Assembly: GCA_964489365.1 (NCBI GenBank)
Contig: CAZAYR010000003.1
Location: 1-48,549, forward strand
DNA length: 48,549 nt
DNA from: an uncultured Salinarchaeum sp.
GTDB taxonomy: Archaea; Halobacteriota; Halobacteria; Halobacteriales; SKNY01
Direction: 5' to 3'
Every line of letters begins with the position of its first letter. The stretch's first letter is position 1. Of this stretch, positions 1 to 7,621 are shown piece by piece. A program made the translations under genes and the position numbers. A model generated the notes under the pieces. The model had not been told where the DNA came from. It made no database searches and saw nothing but the letters and a program-made list of their open reading frames with translations.

Positions 1-1046
1 TCATTGACGGCCCGTAATACGGAACCCTGGTCAAAGGAGGACCCGGGTAGTTCTGACCAGATATCATTGAGGACCGAGTTCGTAGGCGGCCCAGAACGAT
101 ATGCCCCAATTTCGTGATCGAACAACCTGATCTCTGGAGGATTATAATAAGATCCAGCTTGAGGCGGACTCCAATGATTTCCGCCGATAATATCGAAGCC
201 ATATCCGGCCAACACTAGATTCTCGGCACTCCGCACTGAATCTTCCGCAGAATAACTCAGACGGGAGTTCTTGATGTGGTAGCTATGCCGGACGTTCAAG
301 GCGTATTTTAGCGTACCCGAGAATCGGTTGTGACGTCTAAGGAAATTGTGGACTGCCAAGATGAAATCTCGTTTGTCTGGGCTAGTTGGTTTCCGTCGTA
401 ACATGTTGTAACACCACATATCAACGTCGACCTTGTGTTCAATGATTGTTGAGAGAAGGTGCACCAAATCGTCCCAGTTATCTTCCAATAAAGGGATGGG
501 GGCGGATACCGGTTTATCCACGTCCTCGACAACCTCCAGGTATCGCTCGATACCCGCATGATACAGATGCATATAATCAGGATTTTGAGGATCAGCTACT
601 TCATTATCCTCGGCGTTGATCTGGGGATCATCCGCCTCATCCCCATATAATATCTGCTCCAGAAGCGGAATTTGGATAGGGGGAGTAATGAAATCCGAAT
701 ATTTGGTGGACAGCTTTACCACGGTGCGGATTAGCTCCTTAGATATGGGAAATGCATCGGTAAAGGCGAAAAAGTAGACAACGACATCATAGGATGCAGT
801 CTTCGAATGCTCGCGCTCAATCCTTGCGAGGCCGCCATCGCGTTGCATGTTCACCAAATCTGCAGAATCTAATTCCACATAGCGCTCGGCGATATTTTGG
901 ACGGAGGGTAAAACAGACTCTCCCCTTTGCAATTTGTCCACAGGGATCGTTTTCGCGGGTGTGATCGCGCCCCGCCCGTCATTGGTAATTTCATTCCTGC
1001 GAAACAAACCCCCCGTCAGTGTTGAGGATGGATTATTGTCCTTCAT
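1..1046 (-). CDS. hypothetical protein, N-terminal 348 codons only (continues past left edge)
   Basis: My own reverse-strand translation: the ATG at 1046-1044 (MKDNNPSSTLTGGLFRRNEITNDG...SVLRAVN) stays open to base 1. It is absent from the ORF track because it has no stop in the window. It starts 1 nt after the TAA of the upstream wHTH gene. Codon usage is AT-rich, unlike the rest of the window. No family recognised. Confidence 0.6.
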   Translation of the reverse strand, partial: MKDNNPSSTLTGGLFRRNEITNDGRGAITPAKTIPVDKLQRGESVLPSVQNIAERYVELDSADLVNMQRDGGLARIEREHSKTASYDVVVYFFAFTDAFPISKELIRTVVKLSTKYSDFITPPIQIPLLEQILYGDEADDPQINAEDNEVADPQNPDYMHLYHAGIERYLEVVEDVDKPVSAPIPLLEDNWDDLVHLLSTIIEHKVDVDMWCYNMLRRKPTSPDKRDFILAVHNFLRRHNRFSGTLKYALNVRHSYHIKNSRLSYSAEDSVRSAENLVLAGYGFDIIGGNHWSPPQAGSYYNPPEIRLFDHEIGAYRSGPPTNSVLNDIWSELPGSSFDQGSVLRAVN

Positions 1047-1047
1047 G

Positions 1048-1284
1048 TTATTGGCCTCTGATCCAAATGGCACGCCTGGGTTCCGGTTTCTTTTTCCGGA
1101 TCTTGTCGGCTTCTTGAAGTTCTTCCAAGTATTTATAAACTGTCCTCCTCGGCACGTCGACTTTCTCTGCCACTTCCCGCGTCGTGTAGGGTTCCAAAGG
1201 AGTCATCGCTTCGAAAATATCCTCCGCCTTCAGCTCATGAGAAGGCTGGAACCGTCCTCGCTCGTCGCGATCTCGTTCAGCCAA
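1048..1284 (-). CDS. small winged-helix DNA-binding protein (78 aa, TTG start as listed)
   Basis: The segment TTREVAEKVDVPRRTVYKYLEELQEADKI is a helix-turn-helix followed by a basic wing (RKKKPEPRRAIW). The N-terminal ERDERGRF motif is typical of small haloarchaeal plasmid/provirus-associated wHTH proteins. The gene is tightly coupled to the downstream ORF. Confidence 0.7.
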   Translation of the reverse strand: MAERDRDERGRFQPSHELKAEDIFEAMTPLEPYTTREVAEKVDVPRRTVYKYLEELQEADKIRKKKPEPRRAIWIRGQ

Positions 1285-1318
1285 TGTAAACAGAGATTCA
1301 ATCTCATCCTCAATAAAC

Positions 1319-1371
1319 CCTTGCCTTGTAGGGCAACGTAGCTTTTATTTTCCTTGCCTTACAAGGCAGGG
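1319..1371 (-). promoter_or_regulatory. putative promoter/operator: two CCTTGCCTT boxes flanking a TATA-like run
   Basis: CCTTGCCTT occurs at 1319-1327 and 1352-1360, each with a partial inverted complement. They bracket TTTTATTTT (1343-1351), about 60 nt upstream of the wHTH start. Confidence 0.3.
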
Positions 1372-1550
1372 ATGGAGAGTCGCAAATCCACGTGGTAAAC
1401 GTGATTGCCCTCTTCAAAACGGAGCTGATCCCCCGTGTCCAAGCAAGGCATCAGCTCCATACGTGAGTATGGAGTCCGGCGGAATAAACGCACCGTCGTC
1501 GGTCTTCGCGACCGTCGAAACCGAGCAACTCCTCAACAGGGAGGCCCGAC

Positions 1551-3137
1551 ATGACCGACACCGAGAGTGTCGGTCGATCGCTCGAAGACCAAGCGGAGCG
1601 GATTCTCGCTTGGACCGACGATCCGGCGGAACTCGTTGCGGAGCTTGAGTTTCCCGAGGACCTCATCGACGACCAGTATGCGGACTGGCATGCCAAGAGT
1701 CCGCTGGAGCCAATGGTCCGCGCGCTGTTCCTGAAACAGTTGGAAGATTACTCCTTCAGCGAGCTCCATCGCCTCCTCGACCAAGACGACTCCGTTGCGC
1801 AAGCGTTCGGCTTCGAGGACGTGCCCGCCCGTACCACGTTCGGACGTGCATGGCGGGATCGGTTCGACGACGGCCTTCAGCAGTTCATTGAGGAGAAGGC
1901 CATGGCCGTGGCCGGTGTTGCATGGCGAAAAGGCGTCAGCGTCGGACTCCAGGCATTCGAGACCGAGGACAAGAGCGAGCTCTCCGAGCGGAGCAAACGG
2001 CGGTACGTTAACGAGAAAATTCGCGACGTGACGGCAGAAATGCAGAAACTCGTGTTCCCGTGTTTTGGGTTCAATCGCGCCGAGAACGCCCACTACGAGC
2101 AAGAGGCGTTCCTCGAACTTCAGACCCACATGGGCCTAACGCAAAGTGCCGCCGAATCCGGGACGGACATCTTCGCCCAGGATACGGATCGGCCACATGC
2201 TCCGGACGGGGATACCCACCTACACGCGATCCAGCAGCTTGATCCGGACTCAGTCCTTCGAATGGTCGACGATGGGATCTCGGTGATCACTTCCGAAGCG
2301 GCACAGCATCTCGACCTGAACCGGCCGGTGACCGTTGCGATCGACATGACGTACGTTCCGTACTACGGCGATCGCGAAGAACTGGATATGGTCATCGGGG
2401 CGCCGCCGAACAAGGAGTACGAGTGGTGCTACAAATTCGCGACGCTAACCGTCGTCGGTGAACAGGTAAAATTCACCCTGGCAATGCGGCCGGTACAGAA
2501 GGGCTACCACGTCTGGGAAGTCGTCGACGAGCTGCTTGCGATCGGTGAACAGCACGCCCGCATCGGGACGATCTATACCGATTCGGAGTTCTGCTCAGCT
2601 GGCACGATCCGTGTGCTAGAACGTGAGAATGTCGAGTACATCATCCCGTCCCCGAAGAACAAGCGGGTCAAGCGAGAGATCGGCAGGATGCGCCACGACG
2701 TGAAGGTGATCCAGGATTACGGGATATACGGCCCGGTCCCCAGTGGGCAAACACAGAAACGAGGCGGGACGAATCTCGTACTCGTCCCATCGACGCAGAA
2801 CGCGAACAAGACGGTCGCGTTCATTACGAGCAAGGACGTGTCAGACGAAACCGAGCACGACCGTGACCTCGCGATGGTCCTGATCAGCCAATACAGCCGT
2901 CGCTGGGGCATCGAAAACAGCTATAAGACGATCAAGGACTTCCTTGCGTGGACCACCTCGAAGGAGTACACAGTGCGGTTGTTCTACTTCGGGTTCGCCG
3001 TGCTGCTGTACAACCTTTGGCTGATCGTCGACATGCTGGTCCAGATTTCACTGAACATCGAACGACGGAACAAGCCCCAGGTGACAGCCAAACGGTTCCT
3101 GAATGTGGCTCGTAAGCAGTTGACAGCACCAACCTAG
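1551..3137 (+). CDS. DDE transposase, IS4-superfamily signature, ISH3-like motif layout (528 aa)
   Basis: D265 lies in VAIDMTYVPYYGD, D344 in IYTDSEF and E455 in YSRRWGIENSYKTIK, giving the exact Y-(2)-R-(3)-E-(6)-K spacing. A hydrophobic C-terminal helix (TVRLFYFGFAVLLYNLW) resembles those of haloarchaeal ISH3-type transposases. The N-terminal region (PMVRALFLKQLEDYSFSEL...VPARTTFGRAWRDRF) resembles the InsH-type N-terminal domain. Confidence 0.88.
   Translation: MTDTESVGRSLEDQAERILAWTDDPAELVAELEFPEDLIDDQYADWHAKSPLEPMVRALFLKQLEDYSFSELHRLLDQDDSVAQAFGFEDVPARTTFGRAWRDRFDDGLQQFIEEKAMAVAGVAWRKGVSVGLQAFETEDKSELSERSKRRYVNEKIRDVTAEMQKLVFPCFGFNRAENAHYEQEAFLELQTHMGLTQSAAESGTDIFAQDTDRPHAPDGDTHLHAIQQLDPDSVLRMVDDGISVITSEAAQHLDLNRPVTVAIDMTYVPYYGDREELDMVIGAPPNKEYEWCYKFATLTVVGEQVKFTLAMRPVQKGYHVWEVVDELLAIGEQHARIGTIYTDSEFCSAGTIRVLERENVEYIIPSPKNKRVKREIGRMRHDVKVIQDYGIYGPVPSGQTQKRGGTNLVLVPSTQNANKTVAFITSKDVSDETEHDRDLAMVLISQYSRRWGIENSYKTIKDFLAWTTSKEYTVRLFYFGFAVLLYNLWLIVDMLVQISLNIERRNKPQVTAKRFLNVARKQLTAPT
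1551..3137 (+). mobile_element. insertion sequence (minimum extent = transposase ORF; termini not resolved)
   Basis: An intact transposase gene sits in a low-G+C patch. I could not find convincing terminal inverted repeats or target duplications by eye in 1372-1550 versus 3138-3407. Confidence 0.5.
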
Positions 3138-3407
3138 CCGATCCCTCCAGGCGGGATCGCGTCTCGTGAGTGGCAACTGAAGGCATTTTTCGGGTTTTAC
3201 GAGTACTGGGCCCTTTCTGATTGAATTTCGAGTCGTTAGAGTCTTCGATCGAAAGGAGTCCGCGGATTTCAGAGCTGTCTGGCCAGAAAGAACGTCACGC
3301 TGATGCACAAATACGCCAACTTCGGAACTACTGCATGTCCCAGTCACCAGTAATAGCTCATATTGGGCTCGGTGGGCAGCTAACGATCCCAAATGGAGGA
3401 TCAGGCC

Positions 3408-4328
3408 CTATTCCCAGCCGGTGGGCGCGTTGTAGGACGTCAAGAAGCCCATCGCCTCGATCTCGTGGATCTGGCCGTCGTAGACCTTGTAGATGTGAAG
3501 GGCGGGTAGATCGAAGGCCTCGTAGTCCATTTCGACCGTCTCGAGGCCGGGGACCCCGTCGATCTCGAGAGTCGGTTCCTCCAGGGGATGACGGAAGTGA
3601 GAGAGCCCGCAAACGAGCCCCCGCTCCACGTCGGCCATATCGACTCGTCGGTGCTCGATCCGATCGATGTAACTCATGACCTGCGTGTCGAGCTGCTCGG
3701 CCGTGCCCAGCGACTGGATGGTCTCCCTTCCCGGTTCCTCGGGCGGCTCGTTGTGGGTCATCTGCATGCCGTTCTCGAATCGGACGGCATCGTCCGCAAA
3801 CGGCGCCAAGCTTCCATCGTCCTCCTCCAAGGCGTCGTAATAGGACTCCGCGATGCCGAGTATTTCCGCGCGGGAGTTTCGTTTCTCAGGCGGTACGCGT
3901 TCTTGGAATGCTGGACGGGGCTCCTCAAAGTGCTCGAGGACCCCCGCGAGATCCCCTGCGCCCGGTCCATCGCCGAGGTCGCGGGCGATCAAATGCTCCA
4001 TCTCGGTGAGCTCGCCATCACCGACCTTCAGGCGCAGCCCCAGCAGGATCGGATCCCCGCCCTCCTTCATCAGTCCCAGAAACCCCACCTGCGTGGAGAG
4101 GGGATCGGGTACGTAGATCGCAAAATCCTGCGGCGCTTCGGAGGCTGACTGCCATAGCCCTTCGCCCGGTTCCTTTTGTTCGACGTTTTCGACGAACGCC
4201 GCTTCCGACGAGAGGGGGACGGCATCGGGATCGCCGGCCACGACCGCGTCGAGATACGCATCCACCATGTCCGTGAGTTGCTCGCGAGAGACGCCAGCGG
4301 GATCACCGCTGTCAGCACTGTTCGTCAT
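3408..4328 (-). CDS. hypothetical acidic protein (306 aa from internal ATG)
   Basis: Long ORF with haloarchaeal codon and amino-acid bias. I start at MTNSADSGDP (CAT at 4326-4328) because the listed 43-aa extension is basic and overlaps the divergent gene. Family not recognised. Confidence 0.6.
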   Translation of the reverse strand: MTNSADSGDPAGVSREQLTDMVDAYLDAVVAGDPDAVPLSSEAAFVENVEQKEPGEGLWQSASEAPQDFAIYVPDPLSTQVGFLGLMKEGGDPILLGLRLKVGDGELTEMEHLIARDLGDGPGAGDLAGVLEHFEEPRPAFQERVPPEKRNSRAEILGIAESYYDALEEDDGSLAPFADDAVRFENGMQMTHNEPPEEPGRETIQSLGTAEQLDTQVMSYIDRIEHRRVDMADVERGLVCGLSHFRHPLEEPTLEIDGVPGLETVEMDYEAFDLPALHIYKVYDGQIHEIEAMGFLTSYNAPTGWE

Positions 4329-4422
4329 GCCTCCAGACCGTTCGCCGGACCACATTATCAAATGGGAGGTCTGCAATCGTCGCAACGAGCCGTTTAACCG
4401 CCGAGCCGCCGACCTCCACCCA

Positions 4423-4746
4423 ATGAGCGGGTTCGAGCCGGAAAGATTCGAAGACAAGTATGCCCATTACCTCACTGAGCTCCAGCGGGCGTACAAGCGA
4501 GCCTTCGAGGAGATGAACGACCAATACGACTCGACACTCGTCCATGCTATCGACCAGCAGGTCCTCAACGAGAGCGAACCGTTCTACGAACCCGACCGCG
4601 AGGGCAGTCCCTTCCGGATCGAACTCCCGCCGGAGCCATTCGATCGCGTCGCGGGGGTGCCGGTCCGCCAGGAGCAATTCGAGGAGGTGCTGGATATCTA
4701 CGTCGCACGTCTCGAAGAAAGTCTCGAGGAGGAGTTTCTCGGATAA
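4423..4746 (+). CDS. small conserved acidic hypothetical protein (107 aa)
   Basis: The internal ATG at 4423 (MSGFEPERFEDKYAHYLTELQRAYKRAFEE...) gives an acidic haloarchaeal-type protein. The listed upstream extension overlaps the divergent gene. Confidence 0.55.
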   Translation: MSGFEPERFEDKYAHYLTELQRAYKRAFEEMNDQYDSTLVHAIDQQVLNESEPFYEPDREGSPFRIELPPEPFDRVAGVPVRQEQFEEVLDIYVARLEESLEEEFLG

Positions 4747-4790
4747 CCCGCATCCAAAAGGCTAAACGCGTTCCAGCCGAACATGGCCCC

Positions 4791-5174
4791 ATGAGCACGG
4801 AACCCGAAACGGCGGACGTCGAGGACCTGGAGGAACGCATCTCAAACTTCCTCCGCCGGAACTTCCCGCAGATCCAGATGCACGGCGGGAGCGCCGCCAT
4901 CCAGAACCTCGACCGCGAGGCGGGCGAGGTCACCATCATGCTCGGCGGCGCCTGTTCCGGCTGCGGCATCTCGCCGATGACGATCCAGGCCATCAAGAGC
5001 CGCATGACCCAGGAGATCCCCGAGATCGACACCGTCCACGCCGAGACCGGCATGGGCGGGGGCGGCGGCATGGGTGGCCCCTCTCGCGGCGGAAGTCTGG
5101 AACCGAACTTCCCCGGCGACACCACCGCGGATGCCGAGGAAAGCGACGACGAAGGCCCGAGCGCTCCGTTCTAG
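4791..5174 (+). CDS. NifU/Nfu-type Fe-S cluster assembly scaffold protein
   Basis: Nfu C-terminal-domain signature: HGGSAAIQNLDREAGEVTIMLGGACSGCGISPMTI, including the CxxC. Confidence 0.85.
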   Translation: MSTEPETADVEDLEERISNFLRRNFPQIQMHGGSAAIQNLDREAGEVTIMLGGACSGCGISPMTIQAIKSRMTQEIPEIDTVHAETGMGGGGGMGGPSRGGSLEPNFPGDTTADAEESDDEGPSAPF

Positions 5175-6079
5175 TTCCCGTTTCTGACCCCGGCCCCGTG
5201 TTCGTAGCCCACGACCAGACCATGGAGCAGGCGGTTGACCGGGACATCCTCGGGCTCCCCGCGCTGGATGATCTCGCCCGTGATCGCCTCGATTTCGGTC
5301 CGGGAACCGGTGCGCACGTCACGGGCCATCGAGGATTCGTTCTCGCGTGTCTGTCGGGCCACTGACCGAACCTCCGCGAGCATCTCCGCGGTCTCGATCG
5401 GATACCCCTGCTCGCGAGCGACACGTACGGCCTCCCGGGCGGCCGCCATCGAAATCGATCGGAGCGGCTCCTCCAGGATGCGCCCGTTTCGCACCCGCGA
5501 GAGGGCCGTGACCGGGTTGATCGCCGCGTTGATCACGACCTTTTCCCACAGCCGACGCGGCATCGCCGTCGAGGACACACAATCGATGGACCCGTCCCAA
5601 GCCTCCGCCAGTCGTTCGGCCGTCGGTGACCGCGCCCCGTCGACGGCCCCGAACGTCATCGAGCCTCGACCGGTACACCGCACGCGCCCCGGTTCGGTCA
5701 GGAGCGCGCCGTACGTCGCCGTGCCGGCCAATGTCTCCGAGCACTGACCTAACACCCCCTCCAACATTTCGACGTTTCCGAGTCCGTTCTGGACGGAGAG
5801 AACAGTCGGCGGGGGTTCCTCACGAAGTTGCTCTGCGGCGGTGCGGGTGTCGTGGCTCTTCACCGCCACCAGACAGACGTCGACGTCGTGCACGGCCTCC
5901 CAGGTCGTCGTCGTCGCGGGATGGACGGTCCGATCGAGTTGCCCGGTCAGGTCGAGCCCCTCGGCCGCTACGGCCCGCATGTGCGGGTCCCGCCCGACGA
6001 GGGTCACCCGGTGGCGAGCGGCCAGCAGCCCGCCGAGAAGGCTGCCGAGGCTGCCGGCCCCCATGACCGCGACGTGCAT
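5171..6079 (-). CDS. panE: 2-dehydropantoate 2-reductase (ketopantoate reductase)
   Basis: N-terminal Rossmann motif VAVMGAGSLGSLLGG and ApbA/PanE family length and layout (302 aa). Confidence 0.8.
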   Translation of the reverse strand: MHVAVMGAGSLGSLLGGLLAARHRVTLVGRDPHMRAVAAEGLDLTGQLDRTVHPATTTTWEAVHDVDVCLVAVKSHDTRTAAEQLREEPPPTVLSVQNGLGNVEMLEGVLGQCSETLAGTATYGALLTEPGRVRCTGRGSMTFGAVDGARSPTAERLAEAWDGSIDCVSSTAMPRRLWEKVVINAAINPVTALSRVRNGRILEEPLRSISMAAAREAVRVAREQGYPIETAEMLAEVRSVARQTRENESSMARDVRTGSRTEIEAITGEIIQRGEPEDVPVNRLLHGLVVGYEHGAGVRNGN

Positions 6080-6124
6080 GGCCCCCGTTGGTCACGCCCG
6101 ACAATAATCCTTCGAGGACCCGAA

Positions 6125-7384
6125 TCACGGCCAGAGGCCGCGGTGGCCGTGGGCCGCGGCGATCCGCGAGAGCGCCACGACGTACGCGGCCTGCCGCCAG
6201 GTGACATCGCGCTCGAGCACTTCCTCCCGGACTTCCCGCCAGGCGGTCAGCATCTCCTCCTCGAGTTCGGCGTTGACCCGCTCGCGCGTCCACGCCCGTC
6301 GGTTGATATCCTGGAGCCACTCGAAGTAGCTCACCGTGACCCCGCCGGCGTTCGCGAGAATATCGGGGACGACCGGGATGTCCCGCTCGGCGAGGATATC
6401 GTCGCCTGCGGTCGTGGTCGGCCCATTGGCGCCCTCCACGATGGCGTCCGCCCGGATCGCGTCGGCGTTGTCCGCAGTGATCACGTTGCCCACCGCCGCC
6501 GGAATGAGGAGGTCGACGTCGAGCTCGAGCAGCTTCGCGTTTGTCAGGGTAGAAGCGCCGTAGTCCGTGACGGCCTCAGGCTTCTCGTCGTGGGAGGGAA
6601 TCGTCGCCGGATGGAGGCCACTCGGGTCGTAGGCGGCCCCGTTGACGTCGCTGACGGCGACCACGGTCGCGCCCCACGAATCCAGCAGGCGCGCGGCGTT
6701 CGCACCGACGCTACCGAAGCCTTGGACGGCGACGGTGGTGTCCTCGAGGGGTCGATCGAGGTGCTCACAGAGGGCGCGGGTGACGAGCGCCACGCTCCGG
6801 CCGGGCGCCTCCGCCCGTCCCTCGCTTCCCCCGATAACCGGCGGCTTGCCGGTGACCACGCCCGGAATCGTCTCGGCCTCCTGGACGCTGTAGGCGTCCA
6901 TGATCCAGGCCATGGTCTGGGCGTCGGTGCCCATGTCTGGGGCGGGAATGTCCTGTTTCGGGCCGATCACGTGGCGGATCTCGTTGGTGAATCTCCGGGT
7001 CAGCCGTTCGGTCTCGGGGTCGCTGAGCTCCTTCGGATCGACTACGACCCCGCCTTTGGCACCCCCGAAGGGCAGGTCCATGAGCGCACACTTCCACGTC
7101 ATCCACATCGCGAGCCCGATGCACTCCTCGCGGGTGACGCCCGGATGATAGCGCAGGCCTCCTTTGAACGGGCCGCGAACGCTATCGTGCTGAGCGCGGT
7201 AGCCGCGAAGCATCTCGACCTTCCCGTCGTCGCGCTTGAGCGGGACGGTGACCTCGTGGACAGCGGCGGGGTGGTTTAGCCGCTCGACGATGTTCGAATC
7301 GACGTCCACGATGGACGCCGCCTCGGCCAGCTGGTGTCGGGCGATCTCGAGTGCCGACTCGTGTGACTCGTATCCGGCGGACAT
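6125..7384 (-). CDS. gdhA: glutamate dehydrogenase (419 aa)
   Basis: Contains [21 protein letters not shown] and [19 protein letters not shown], the GDH active-site region. Start set at [13 protein letters not shown] (CAT 7382-7384). The listed 63-aa extension overlaps the next gene. Confidence 0.92.
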   Translation of the reverse strand: MSAGYESHESALEIARHQLAEAASIVDVDSNIVERLNHPAAVHEVTVPLKRDDGKVEMLRGYRAQHDSVRGPFKGGLRYHPGVTREECIGLAMWMTWKCALMDLPFGGAKGGVVVDPKELSDPETERLTRRFTNEIRHVIGPKQDIPAPDMGTDAQTMAWIMDAYSVQEAETIPGVVTGKPPVIGGSEGRAEAPGRSVALVTRALCEHLDRPLEDTTVAVQGFGSVGANAARLLDSWGATVVAVSDVNGAAYDPSGLHPATIPSHDEKPEAVTDYGASTLTNAKLLELDVDLLIPAAVGNVITADNADAIRADAIVEGANGPTTTAGDDILAERDIPVVPDILANAGGVTVSYFEWLQDINRRAWTRERVNAELEEEMLTAWREVREEVLERDVTWRQAAYVVALSRIAAAHGHRGLWP

Positions 7385-7395
7385 ACGGGCCCGAG

Positions 7396-7584
7396 CTACT
7401 CCCCGCCCTGCAAGCCCTGGACGGTCTCCAGATCCTGCTGGGTCAGCAAGAACTCCCCGAGGGTGCCCTGGGCTCCGCAGTTCGAACATTGGTAGCGCTC
7501 GTCCGTGGCTGGCAGCTCCGCCGGATTTTCCTCCCAGCGTTTCTCGCACTCGAGACAGTGTAACTGCACCCACGCTTCGACCAT
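7396..7584 (-). CDS. small zinc-ribbon protein (62 aa)
   Basis: Two CxxC pairs (CLEC...CSNC) and an acidic composition. It fills the gap between polD2 and gdhA on the same strand. Confidence 0.55.
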   Translation of the reverse strand: MVEAWVQLHCLECEKRWEENPAELPATDERYQCSNCGAQGTLGEFLLTQQDLETVQGLQGGE

Positions 7585-7621
7585 GCCGGCGGTTGGAGCG
7601 GCGCGATGAAAAGCCTGTATC

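Noticed and set aside
1421-1458. A 9-bp hairpin (GGAGCTGAT/ATCAGCTCC) and a direct GGAGTCCG match (1471-1478 versus 3255-3262), considered as IS termini or target duplication
   Set aside because: The sequences adjacent to the direct match are not inverted repeats of each other. The hairpin has no counterpart at the other end. This is insufficient to define IS boundaries.
5828-7279. 483-aa forward ORF spanning panE and gdhA antisense. Similar long antisense ORFs occur at 14234-15706 (glyS), 16712-17608 and 17795-18907 (hef), 22089-23495 (DUF389), 26268-27215 (OYE), 40286-41647 (LLM) and 42251-43309 (AsnB-like).
   Set aside because: All are opposite to genes with clear family signatures and have shadow-frame amino-acid bias. 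None was called.
6125-7573. N-terminally extended starts listed for gdhA (7573). The same applies to the 3408 gene (4457), npdG (28594), the cupin gene (37511), LLM (40259), DUF2182 (48390), the dolichol-kinase-like gene (16029) and the Zn-ribbon gene (19635).
   Set aside because: The extensions are basic or low-complexity, overlap neighbouring genes, and precede an internal ATG at which the conserved family N-terminus begins.
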